Source: Thermoplasmatota archaeon
GTDB lineage: Archaea > Thermoplasmatota > Penumbrarchaeia > Penumbrarchaeales > Penumbrarchaeaceae
Assembly: GCA_049472215.1 (NCBI GenBank)
Contig: JBLIRH010000006.1
Coordinates: forward strand, 1,068 to 65,067
DNA length: 64,000 bases
Reading direction: 5' to 3'
Below the pieces are notes generated by a model. It saw only the letters and a list, made by a program, of their open reading frames with translations. It was not told the DNA's origin and ran no database searches. Made by a program: the position numbers and the translations under genes. Shown here one piece after another: positions 17,778 through 30,769 of the stretch (its first letter is position 1; each line of letters begins with the position of its first letter).

Positions 17778-18029
17778 GTGAACTCGCCCTAGACCTAACA
17801 GGTCCTCGTTTCCAAGATGTATCGACGATGAAATGTCCGGCAGGATTATTAATCTATGCCATATCAACACATCTGCTATTGGTCCGATCGGACCATTGGC
17901 ACGGGATGAAGATGTCTGGCCAGCATCAGGTTAAATTAAAATACCGCTACGGGCCTCTCACGCATACTGGCCATGGAGGAGGCATTGATGATCTGCCTGC
18001 CAGGGTCGGAACCGTGGCGGTAGTATTCC

Positions 18030-18893
18030 ATGAAAGAAGTCAAAACTCCCAGGTTCTCTGTGATCGTACCGGTCAGGAACAGGAAGAAGATGCTGTCGAG
18101 ATGCATCAAGACCATCCTGGACCAGACCATCAGTGATCTCGAGTTGATCATAGTCGACAACGGTTCGACCGACGACACGAGGGAGTATATCAAAGACCTT
18201 TTAAAAAAGGACCCGAGGATCAGGTATCTCGAAGAATCCGAGAGGGGTATTGGAAGAGCCCGGAACAGAGGCGAGATCGCATCAAAAGGTGAGATAGTCC
18301 TCATGACGGACAGCGATTGCGAGGTGCCCCGGAACTGGATCGAGCGAATGTCGGCTCCAATAATCGAAGGCAGTGTTCCTGCCGTTCAGGGTCTGAAACA
18401 TGCGATCAAGAGGAATTACTGGTCCACTAATGTTGAGAGAGAGGAACACCGTATCATGTGGTCCTTGTTCGAGCGTCATGGATCGAGCAACGTGGATACT
18501 GCCAATTTCTGCATCCAACGAAAGGTGCTAAAAAAAGTGGGTTATTCCAATAGAAAGATGAACAACCTGAACGACACCGAATTGGCTGCAAGATTGTTCC
18601 AGAAAGGTTACGGCGTCGCCCTATTGGACCTGAGCGTTGGACATCATAATCCACTTTCACCCTGGGTCGCGGCAAGGAAGCTCGTGCAAAGAGGGGCCTA
18701 TCACACAATGGTGAGAAAAAGATACCCTGACAACCCAGCGCTCCCAAGGGAGACCATCAGGATGTTCCTGGGTTACCTTCTCGGTCTGGTTTCCGAGATG
18801 CTGCATATTGACAGAAGTTTCCCTTATGATCTGGTCTCAGGTATCTCCTGGAGGTTTGGACTGGTATGCGGAACGTTGATGAGACCGAGATAA
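18030..18893 (+). CDS. Glycosyltransferase family 2
   Basis: FSVIVPVRNRKKMLSRCIKTILDQT...LIIVDNGSTDDT, with DSDCEVPRNW. Confidence 0.8.
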   Translation: MKEVKTPRFSVIVPVRNRKKMLSRCIKTILDQTISDLELIIVDNGSTDDTREYIKDLLKKDPRIRYLEESERGIGRARNRGEIASKGEIVLMTDSDCEVPRNWIERMSAPIIEGSVPAVQGLKHAIKRNYWSTNVEREEHRIMWSLFERHGSSNVDTANFCIQRKVLKKVGYSNRKMNNLNDTELAARLFQKGYGVALLDLSVGHHNPLSPWVAARKLVQRGAYHTMVRKRYPDNPALPRETIRMFLGYLLGLVSEMLHIDRSFPYDLVSGISWRFGLVCGTLMRPR

Positions 18894-19786
18894 AGGCATC
18901 TGTAATTGTACCTGTAAAGGGTCGTTCGAGATCTTTAAAGAGATGCATCTCGAGTATTCTTGACCAGACAGTTCTGGATTACAATGTCCTGATCATCGAT
19001 GGGTCTAATTCGGGTTCCGCGAGAAAAGTAGTCCGCATGTTCCAAAGGAAAGATCCCCGTGTGAAGTATTTACGAGAGGAATTCTTCTCAACGGGCGACC
19101 TCATCAATAGGGGCATCATGGTATCGGACGGTGATATAATAATAATGACCAAGCCCGATTGCGAGGTTCCCCGGGATTGGATATCCAGGATGATCAAACC
19201 TCTGAGCAAAAGTTCCAAGGTCGTTCAGGGAGGGATAGCTGTCTCATCCGGTAAGTTCTGGTCGCAGATGGATAGCAGGTCTACATCGAGGTTCATGGAC
19301 CGACTTTCGGAGGGGAATTTCATAGATCATCTCGACACGCGGAACATGGCAGCGAGGAGGGAGGCCCTCATAGATGCAGGAATGTTCGATAGGTACGTGA
19401 GGGGGCTCGAAGGACTGGATATCGAACTGAAGTTGAAAAGATACGGTCATCAGGTCCGATACCTTGCCGATGTAAAGGTATTCCAGAATATCGACGAAAG
19501 CTTGAACGACCTTTTCTGGGGATGGGTGGAAAGAGGCAGGTGGATGTTGTTCATCTATTCCATGCAAAAGAAGAATGATCCGGTCAAGGAGCTAAGGGTA
19601 TTCGATGCTCTGAAATTCCGGAACCTCCTTCTATTCTATCCTTCCCTGCTCCTTTTGCTAGTGACAAAAGGGCCCAAGACGTTCATCTCCGAACTGGTAT
19701 CGGGAACGGCATTGCGCATGGGGGTATTGATCGGTCATATCAGAAAGGACCGTTTCCTGCGCTCTATCAGGACGAAATACTATTGA
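18866..19786 (+). CDS. Glycosyltransferase family 2-like paralog
   Basis: ASVIVPVKGRSRSLKRCISSILDQT... and KPDCEVPRDW. It overlaps the upstream GT2 by 28 nt. Confidence 0.7.
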   Translation: MRNVDETEIKASVIVPVKGRSRSLKRCISSILDQTVLDYNVLIIDGSNSGSARKVVRMFQRKDPRVKYLREEFFSTGDLINRGIMVSDGDIIIMTKPDCEVPRDWISRMIKPLSKSSKVVQGGIAVSSGKFWSQMDSRSTSRFMDRLSEGNFIDHLDTRNMAARREALIDAGMFDRYVRGLEGLDIELKLKRYGHQVRYLADVKVFQNIDESLNDLFWGWVERGRWMLFIYSMQKKNDPVKELRVFDALKFRNLLLFYPSLLLLLVTKGPKTFISELVSGTALRMGVLIGHIRKDRFLRSIRTKYY

Positions 19787-20859
19787 GGCATCGTATGAAA
19801 GGTTTCACGGAAAAAGTAGAGAACAACCTGAAGCTCAACCTCGAGGAGCTTGAGGAGAGAAGGACCAAACTGAGGTCCCTTCCCATGAAGATCTATGTGG
19901 AACCGACTCAGCGGTGCAACCTTAACTGCTGGATGTGTGAATGGGGGCGGAGAAGCAACTTAGAGGATATGGACTTAGCACTCTTCAGGAAGATCGAAAA
20001 GGAACTCTTCGAACATGTGGCGGAGGTCGATCTCTTCCTCAACGGGGAGCCTCTGCTTTCGAGAACGTTTCCTGAAATGATCCGAACGACGAAACGATAT
20101 TCTTTCCTCCCGAAGATATTCACGAACGGACTTATGCTTGACGAAAAGATGATGGAGCTTTTAACAAGCCACGGGGTCTTCGTCAATATATCCTTCGACG
20201 GGGGCACGGAAGCTGCATATGACAGTGTTAGAGGGAAGGGGAATTTCAAGAGGCTCGTACCCAAGCTCTCACGTTTTGTCGAGCTGGGTGAAGAGGTTGG
20301 GAACGATCGCTTCCACATCAGGCTCGCCGTCACACTCGGAATGCACAACATCCAGGAGGCTCCAAAGATCGTCCGGCTTGCCAGGAAGCTCGGTATCGAT
20401 GACGTCATGTTCGGCGCTCTGGATTTCGGGATGTATTACGACAAGCACCTCACTTCCGATCCCGTGAAGACAGCTTTCTACCTCAAACTTGCTAAAAGGG
20501 AAGCGGATGACCTCGGGGTCCGTTTCTCCTGCCCGAGGAAGATCGGTTCCCGGTACATCGAGGAGCACCACAACTGGTACGATATCAAGCTCAAGATCGA
20601 TGATCATGCTCCCTTCATACTCGAACAGAACAATCCATTCGAGGGAAAATGCAGCTACCCCTGGATAGAATCCGTTATCCGTTCCGATGGAAAGGTGCTC
20701 AGCTGCTGTCAGAAACACCACTACATGGGTGACCTCACCAAGGACCCTTTCAAAAAGATATGGAACAATCCGAGGTATGTGAGCTTGAGGGGTAAAGAGG
20801 TCTACTACCAGTGCCTCGGGGTCAACTGCAACATGACCAGGTACTCGATTTGGATATGA
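19783..20859 (+). CDS. Radical SAM enzyme with a SPASM/twitch-like C-terminal Cys cluster
   Basis: CNLNCWMC (Cx3Cx2C) near the N-terminus and FLNGEPLL (GGE-like). The C-terminal C-x12-G-x4-C (CSYPWIESVIRSDGKVLSC) plus CLGVNC match the first SPASM/twitch signature. It has an ATGA overlap with the upstream GT2. Confidence 0.8.
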   Translation: MRHRMKGFTEKVENNLKLNLEELEERRTKLRSLPMKIYVEPTQRCNLNCWMCEWGRRSNLEDMDLALFRKIEKELFEHVAEVDLFLNGEPLLSRTFPEMIRTTKRYSFLPKIFTNGLMLDEKMMELLTSHGVFVNISFDGGTEAAYDSVRGKGNFKRLVPKLSRFVELGEEVGNDRFHIRLAVTLGMHNIQEAPKIVRLARKLGIDDVMFGALDFGMYYDKHLTSDPVKTAFYLKLAKREADDLGVRFSCPRKIGSRYIEEHHNWYDIKLKIDDHAPFILEQNNPFEGKCSYPWIESVIRSDGKVLSCCQKHHYMGDLTKDPFKKIWNNPRYVSLRGKEVYYQCLGVNCNMTRYSIWI

Positions 20860-21008
20860 TCGACAGGGGCAGAAAAGGTCCATGGATGTACCTTGCCTTT
20901 TGATCCTCGCCACACCTGGGCAGAAATAATATATACAGGCCACACAGCTCGGTTCCTGTAAAAGGCGATGATATTTTTCCATACCGTTGCCCATCCGAGG
21001 TAGAATAG

Positions 21009-22037
21009 ATGGCACTTGGAGAGCTGAAGCAACCAGAAGGGACAGCCAACGTGCTCGTTGCCGGCGGAGCTGGCTTTATCGGCAGCCATATAGTCAGACG
21101 ACTGCTCGAGGATGAGAAAACCGAAAGGGTCCTCGTCATCGATGATCTCTCCTCCGGTACAAGGGAGAACCTCGAAGGATCTCTTGGAGACGATCGGCTT
21201 GATGTCCTCGAGATGGATATAACCGATCCGGCCGTGGTGGAAAGTGCCGGAAGGGATTTCGATCTGGTTCTGCATCTGGCAGCTGTTGCCAATCCGGTCG
21301 ATTACGAGAGGAGACCGTTGGACACCCTCAATGTGAACTCGGACGGAGCTAGGAACCTTATGAGCATCTCGGGAAGGAGCGGTTCCAAATTCATCTTCTT
21401 CTCGAGCTCGGAGGTCTACGGGAACTACAACATCGTACCCATCGATCCGATGTCCGAAACCTCCCATAGCAGGATAATTCTGAACCAGAGAAGGAGTCCG
21501 TACGTCGTAGGGAAGTGCTTCGGCGAAGAGATCACGATCAGCTATAGTAAAAAACTGGGGATCGATCATCTGATCATCAGACCCTTTAACATATACGGCC
21601 CCAACATGGACCTCATGACGGAGTACGGAAGGGTGATACCTAACTTCTGTATATGGGGACTCAGAGGTCAGCCCCTCCGCATTAATGGAGACGGCACCCA
21701 GGTAAGAACATTCTGCCATGTGGATGACATGGTGAACTCCCTTTTCCTACTGATCGAAAAGGACATCAAACAGCGCAGTGTGAATGTCGGATATCCCCAT
21801 CCGACGTCGATCCTGGACCTCGCGCGGATGGTATCGGGGATCCTGGGGATAGAGGAAAATTTCGAATTCGCTGACAAATACCAGTTCGAACCATATATCA
21901 GGATCCCGGACATAAGGCTTGCAAAGGACTTGACCGGGTGGGAGCCGGAGGTTGACCTCAAAACGGGATTGGTCAGGACCATTGATTGGTTCAGGGAAAC
22001 GGGATTGAAGAAATATTCAAGATACATTACTCTTTGA
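21009..22037 (+). CDS. NAD-dependent sugar-nucleotide epimerase/dehydratase (extended SDR, UDP-glucuronate decarboxylase/4-epimerase-like)
   Basis: VLVAGGAGFIGSHIVRRL (GxxGxxG), SSSEVYG, and a YxxxK region (SPYVVGKCFGE). Confidence 0.85.
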   Translation: MALGELKQPEGTANVLVAGGAGFIGSHIVRRLLEDEKTERVLVIDDLSSGTRENLEGSLGDDRLDVLEMDITDPAVVESAGRDFDLVLHLAAVANPVDYERRPLDTLNVNSDGARNLMSISGRSGSKFIFFSSSEVYGNYNIVPIDPMSETSHSRIILNQRRSPYVVGKCFGEEITISYSKKLGIDHLIIRPFNIYGPNMDLMTEYGRVIPNFCIWGLRGQPLRINGDGTQVRTFCHVDDMVNSLFLLIEKDIKQRSVNVGYPHPTSILDLARMVSGILGIEENFEFADKYQFEPYIRIPDIRLAKDLTGWEPEVDLKTGLVRTIDWFRETGLKKYSRYITL

Positions 22038-22106
22038 GCAGGCATCGGAAAAGGACCTTGGAGATATCAATAATTTTTACTATCTGGACCGAATCATGGT
22101 TGAAAG

Positions 22107-22574
22107 GTGAAGAGAATGGGCATCGGATTCTGGAAAGGCAAGATCGAGCTGAAGATGGACCGCTACAACTTCAAACCCGGTGATACGATAGAAGGTGACC
22201 TGGTCCTCACACTGAAGAAAACGACCAAGGCCAGGGAGATCACCATCCGGCTCCTTGGGGAGGAGAAGATAACCGAGAGGCGGCGAGGGAGCGACGGCCC
22301 AAGTACCGAGACAAGGACCGTCAAGATCTTCGACCTGAAGATCCCCCTTGACGGTGAAAAGGAATACAAGGAAGGGAAGTACCATTTCAAGATCCCGATA
22401 CCAAAGGACCTCTTTGTCGAAGGTGCGAAACCAGATGGGCTACTGGGAGACGTTGCGAACGTTCTCGAAGGTTTGTCCGGCAGGCGTTCAAGGATCGAAT
22501 GGAAGGTCATCGGCAACCTGGATATTCCGATGGGGTTCGACCTGTCCAAAAAGCAGAATATAGTCATTGATTAA
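22107..22574 (+). CDS. Spo0M/arrestin-N-like beta-sandwich protein
   Basis: 155 aa. MGIGFWKGKIELKMDRYNFKPGDTIEGDLVLTLKKTTKAREITIRLLGEE follows the Spo0M pattern (GIG..K.D..L....Y.PG..I.G.V.I.....I..I.L.L). Confidence 0.5.
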   Translation: MKRMGIGFWKGKIELKMDRYNFKPGDTIEGDLVLTLKKTTKAREITIRLLGEEKITERRRGSDGPSTETRTVKIFDLKIPLDGEKEYKEGKYHFKIPIPKDLFVEGAKPDGLLGDVANVLEGLSGRRSRIEWKVIGNLDIPMGFDLSKKQNIVID

Positions 22575-22603
22575 AAGGAAAAAAGCCCCTGTAAAAAGGG
22601 GCT
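22573..22603 (-). terminator. Hairpin plus T-tract downstream of the PFOR gene, shared with the convergent Spo0M-like gene
   Basis: The minus strand reads agcccct-ttttac-aggggct followed by tttttcctttt. The 7-bp stem begins 17 nt after the PFOR stop. Confidence 0.55.
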
Positions 22604-22620
22604 CATGTACTTCATCGATC

Positions 22621-26599
<3,979 letters not shown>

Positions 26600-26678
26600 T
26601 ACAATATTTCATCGGTGGTTCATAAACTACCTATATGAGCCCCTGCTTTTTCCAACTGAGGGCCGGGGGTCGAAAGAA

Positions 26679-28550
26679 GTGGGTTTGAAGGAACTTGTTC
26701 CCAGATCTTTCCGACAGTATACCACCCAGTACTGGGTCGTTATCTCCCTCGAACTGTTCGAGAGAGGGGCTTATTACGGGATCATGGGATATTTCCCGGT
26801 CCATGCTATCTATAACCTTGGGTTCTCCGGGACGGTTTATGGTGCTCTTTATGCCCTTCTCGTCTTCCTGTTGTATTTCATACCGATCATATCTGCTTCC
26901 CTGGCCAGGAAGATCGGCTACAAAAGGATCCTCACCCTGGCGTTCCTGATCCTGATACCCTCATACATCGCAATGACCTTCATGAGGTCGGAAGTGTCCT
27001 TCTTCTTTGCGATAGTGGCATGGGGTGTTGGGGCAGGTGCTTTCAAACCGATGGTCTCTGCGACCATCGCCCATGTCACTAAAAAAGAACAGCGGAACTC
27101 CGCATATTCGATCTATTACCTCTCCATCAACTGGGGATCTTTCCTTGCGATGCTAGCAACGGGTTTCCTGATCCCGCAGCATTTCGCCCAGATAGTCTTC
27201 GCGGTCGGTGCCGTTCTGATAACAGTGAACCTTCTGATAACCCTCTTTTTCTACAAGGACCCGGTTGAGAAGGATCCGACCGAAAAGGTCACGACGGCTT
27301 TTAAAAAGCTCAATGTGGTCCTCTCGGACAGGAAGTTTGCTGTCCTCCTTCTTCTCTATTCAGGTTTCTTCATCATTTTCTCATCCATGCATACCTTCAT
27401 TCCCGCATATTATTTCGGCTTCGGGATACAGCCTTGGAGGTGGTTCACGGCCCCGTTGATAAGTGCGATCAATCCTCTTACAATAGTCGCTTTGGGACCG
27501 TTCCTGGCAAAATATACAGACAAGTTCGATTCATTGAAATTGATGATCACAGGGATGCTGATCTTCTGCCTCGGTCTTTTCATCATCGGGATGATACCTC
27601 TATGGTATGCGATGGGACTCGGCATCTTCATCTATTCCATTGGTGAATTCATTACCCATCCGAACTTCATTTCCTATGTATCAAAGATCGCTCCCGAGGA
27701 CAAGGTGGCACTTTACATGGGATATGCCTTTCTGCCTTCGGCGGTCGGAAACGTCGTCGGTTCGCTGTTCGGTGGAGTGATGTGGGACTGGATAGCAGTC
27801 GGGAGTGGTCATTCCAGGTTATTCTGGGCGATATACGTTTCGATCGGACTTTTTACAATGGGCAGTTTCCTCATCTACAACAAGGTCATCAGCCCCAAAA
27901 CAGAGGCTTCAACACCGAGGAAGAATGGTTTTTTCAACCATAAACTGTCGTTCCTGGCTCCATGGTCGGTCGTGCCTATTGTCATAATAGCGGGCCTCTC
28001 TCTCGGGATCACAGGTTATGTCGGGGACCCGTTCAATGGCGGGGGGGACGAATACCGATACGAGCTTAGGAGCACGACCCTCAGCTTCTCCGGCTCTCTT
28101 TCCGAAGGGGACAGCGACACAAACGAATTCATGATCATGGAACCCAACATCGTCTGGATCAATGCCACCCTTACCTGGACAGACGAACCGGACCAGACCT
28201 TCCTTCTCCGCAATTTCCAGAACCAGCCAGACCAGTTCGAGCTCTCCTTCACTCCCTGCAACGCCACCCCTTATTCAGATCGTGGTGCCAATCCGAGGAA
28301 CGGTGAGGGTTCCCTGGCATTCAACCATCGATACACCATGGACCCGGACCATACGAACGGGACGGGGACCCACATAATTGTCATCACCCTCGTTAATGTC
28401 GGTGACTATCAGAGCGGATTCGATCCTCCGGTCTCCCTTCCCGGTCGCCCAAGGGATACCGGCAACTCCTTCAACGTTCAGGTGACCTACGACTATCTTG
28501 TCAAGGTGAAGATCGAAGGATCGAGCGGGGATGCGGGGCCGGTTCACTGA
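26679..28550 (+). CDS. POT/PTR2-family (MFS) proton-dependent peptide transporter fused to a ~175-aa C-terminal non-membrane domain
   Basis: GTG start. ELFERGAYYG matches the ExxERFxYYG POT motif. About 12-14 TM helices are followed by a hydrophilic, beta-rich tail (LSFSGSLSEGDSDTNEFMIMEPNIVWINATLTWTDEPDQ...). Confidence 0.8.
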   Translation: MGLKELVPRSFRQYTTQYWVVISLELFERGAYYGIMGYFPVHAIYNLGFSGTVYGALYALLVFLLYFIPIISASLARKIGYKRILTLAFLILIPSYIAMTFMRSEVSFFFAIVAWGVGAGAFKPMVSATIAHVTKKEQRNSAYSIYYLSINWGSFLAMLATGFLIPQHFAQIVFAVGAVLITVNLLITLFFYKDPVEKDPTEKVTTAFKKLNVVLSDRKFAVLLLLYSGFFIIFSSMHTFIPAYYFGFGIQPWRWFTAPLISAINPLTIVALGPFLAKYTDKFDSLKLMITGMLIFCLGLFIIGMIPLWYAMGLGIFIYSIGEFITHPNFISYVSKIAPEDKVALYMGYAFLPSAVGNVVGSLFGGVMWDWIAVGSGHSRLFWAIYVSIGLFTMGSFLIYNKVISPKTEASTPRKNGFFNHKLSFLAPWSVVPIVIIAGLSLGITGYVGDPFNGGGDEYRYELRSTTLSFSGSLSEGDSDTNEFMIMEPNIVWINATLTWTDEPDQTFLLRNFQNQPDQFELSFTPCNATPYSDRGANPRNGEGSLAFNHRYTMDPDHTNGTGTHIIVITLVNVGDYQSGFDPPVSLPGRPRDTGNSFNVQVTYDYLVKVKIEGSSGDAGPVH

Positions 28551-29533
28551 AGCTCAACCTTCTTCCCGGTGGCTATGGATTCCTCTGCAGCCTTGGCGAT
28601 CTGAAGCGTCTTCAAACCATCCTGCCCGCTCACGAGAGGTTCCTTACCATCCCTCACAGCTTCCAGGAAATCCGAAAGTTCCCTCACAAGGGGCTCCTCG
28701 TTTCGGACCCGGATCCTCCTCATGTCATAGATCTGGGGTATCCTCCACAGATCGAACTTATCCTTATCGAAGGAGGTGGATGTCGAGACCATTACCTCCT
28801 GATCGATGTAATCCATCTCCGCGACCCCCTCAACACCCGTGATCGTGATCTTCCGGAGCTTCATGGGTGTCAGCCATGATACCTCGAGGACGCCTTCGAC
28901 GCCGTTCTCGAAACTCAGCATGATCGTGGCATGGTCCTCGTACTTTCCGCCCTTGACCCTGCCTCCCAGAGCATAAACGGAGGATACCTCGGAATCCGTC
29001 AGGTATCTAAGAACGTCGATATCATGGACGCCAAGGTCGGTGATCACCCCGACATCGCTGATCCTCGAAGGGTAGTTCGACACCCTTCTCGACATAATGG
29101 TCACGATCCCGCCGAGCTCTCCCTTTTCGATCAGCTCCCTCGTGAACTTGACCACCGGATTGTGACGCTCGGTCATTCCGACGGCAAGGGTCCTCCCGCT
29201 CTGATCGGCGGCTTCAAGTATTCGCTTTCCGTCCTCCAAGGTACTGGCAATGGGTTTTTCCACGAGGACGTCAACGCCTGATCCGAGGCACTTGATCGCA
29301 GCTTCAGCGTGATGCGTCGTCGGTGTTGCTATGGAAACGGCCTCGACACCGGTCTCCTTCAGGAACTCATCCATGTCGGTATATGAGGGGCACCCGAACT
29401 TCTTGCCGATCTCCCATGAGGCTTTCTCCGAGATGTCGCAGACTCCAACGAGCTTTCCGAGTTCGGACAGGACCCTTACATGGTTCCTGCCCATGGACCC
29501 TGCCCCGATGACACCGACCTTGATATCGAACAT
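28544..29533 (-). CDS. Gfo/Idh/MocA-family NAD-dependent sugar(-nucleotide) dehydrogenase (WbpB-like)
   Basis: The N-terminal Rossmann region is KVGVIGAGSMGRNHVRVL, with EKP in VLVEKPIA. It is translationally coupled (1-nt overlap) with the upstream DegT aminotransferase. Confidence 0.8.
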   Translation of the reverse strand: MFDIKVGVIGAGSMGRNHVRVLSELGKLVGVCDISEKASWEIGKKFGCPSYTDMDEFLKETGVEAVSIATPTTHHAEAAIKCLGSGVDVLVEKPIASTLEDGKRILEAADQSGRTLAVGMTERHNPVVKFTRELIEKGELGGIVTIMSRRVSNYPSRISDVGVITDLGVHDIDVLRYLTDSEVSSVYALGGRVKGGKYEDHATIMLSFENGVEGVLEVSWLTPMKLRKITITGVEGVAEMDYIDQEVMVSTSTSFDKDKFDLWRIPQIYDMRRIRVRNEEPLVRELSDFLEAVRDGKEPLVSGQDGLKTLQIAKAAEESIATGKKVELQ

Positions 29534-30615
29534 TACCCGGCCTCCTGTACCGTATCCCTAATTGTCCCGACGATATATTCAATATCGTCCTTTGAAACCT
29601 TCGGATGGACGGGGAGCGAAAGTACCCTCTTAGCCGTCCTCTCCGCGACCGGGTATTCTCCGGATGAGTAGGTCTTCATCGCCGGTGATGAAGGTATCGT
29701 TGACGGATAGAACACCTTGTTTCCTACTCCTTTCTCGTTCAGCTTCTGTGAAAGAAGGTCCCTATCCCCCTCATATTTTATCGTATACTGGTGATACACG
29801 GGGTCCATATCCTCCGGGACAAAGGGAGGGAAAACCTTTTCCAGTCCCGCAAGACCCTTTGTCAAGGCAGCGGCATTTCTCCTGCGAGCCTCGTTGAATG
29901 TCGGCAATTTCTTCAACTGCTCCCTGCCGATCGCGGCTGCGATGGAGGTCATCCTGAGGTTGTAGCCGACGGACCTGTGATCGTATATCGCGACCTGGCC
30001 GTGGTTCCGGAGCATTCTCACCCTGTCGATAAGCTCCTCATCGTTCGAGACCACCATGCCTCCCTCACCGGTGGTCATGTTCTTTGTGGGATAGAACGAG
30101 AACATGCCGCAGCTGCCAATGCTTCCGGCGATCTTTCCCTTGAATATGCTCCCATGCGCCTGCGCACAGTCCTCGAGTATTGGGATGTCCCCGGCAGCTT
30201 CTATGATACTGTCCATATCAGCACACTGTCCGTATAGGTGAACGGGGATTATCGCCCTGGTCCTCTCATTGATCGTCTCTGACAGACGTTGTGGGTCCAT
30301 GTTGAAGGTATCAGGATCTATGTCAACGAACCTCGGGGTCGCTCCGAGGAACAGAATGGGCGTCGCACTGGCGATGAAGCTGAACGATGTTGTTATCACC
30401 TCGTCACCGGGGCCGATACCAAGGGCCGCGAGAGCAAGATGGATCGCCGATGTCCCGGATGACACCGATGCCCCGAACTTCACCCCGCAGTACCTGGCGA
30501 ATTCCTCCTCGAACAACTCGACCTCGGGACCATGGGCAAGCATTCCGCTCTTCATCACCCTGGTTACCGCAGCGATCTCCTCCGGGCCCATTTCGGGCTT
30601 TGCCATCGGTATCAT
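29533..30615 (-). CDS. DegT/DnrJ/EryC1/StrS-family PLP-dependent sugar aminotransferase (WbpE-like)
   Basis: FSFYPTKNMTTGEGG contains the PLP-lysine motif. A typical N-terminus (E.EEFA.YCG) and LSLPVHP are also present. Confidence 0.85.
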   Translation of the reverse strand: MIPMAKPEMGPEEIAAVTRVMKSGMLAHGPEVELFEEEFARYCGVKFGASVSSGTSAIHLALAALGIGPGDEVITTSFSFIASATPILFLGATPRFVDIDPDTFNMDPQRLSETINERTRAIIPVHLYGQCADMDSIIEAAGDIPILEDCAQAHGSIFKGKIAGSIGSCGMFSFYPTKNMTTGEGGMVVSNDEELIDRVRMLRNHGQVAIYDHRSVGYNLRMTSIAAAIGREQLKKLPTFNEARRRNAAALTKGLAGLEKVFPPFVPEDMDPVYHQYTIKYEGDRDLLSQKLNEKGVGNKVFYPSTIPSSPAMKTYSSGEYPVAERTAKRVLSLPVHPKVSKDDIEYIVGTIRDTVQEAG

Positions 30616-30769
30616 CCTCGACGCCTCCAGAAAGTTTGCCGGGTGGAACGATCCCGGGAACAGGGGTAATCCGGTGGATGTATTTTAAGGGTTGTCGGTG
30701 AGCATGGTATCCAGAGGATACCAATATGAACCGATATCTTGAAATATTCTCACACTCGATAATTACTCC

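Noticed and set aside
17881-17894. Perfect 14-bp palindrome ggtccgatcggacc in the divergent GT4/GT2 promoter region, and ggtatcc-aga-ggatacc near 30706
   Set aside because: They are isolated short palindromes with no second copy or known motif. They could be operators, but the evidence is too thin to report as features.
20882-20929. 15-codon ORF (MDVPCLLILATPGQK) just downstream of the radical SAM/SPASM gene, as a possible RiPP precursor
   Set aside because: It is too short, has no SD and no leader/core features. It has a single Cys and cannot be distinguished from chance without conservation data.
20269-21719. 248-aa and 304-aa minus-strand ORFs overlapping the radical SAM and epimerase genes
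   Set aside because: The plus-strand genes carry unambiguous motifs (Cx3Cx2C; GxxGxxG/YxxxK). The antisense translations show no motifs and an atypical composition.
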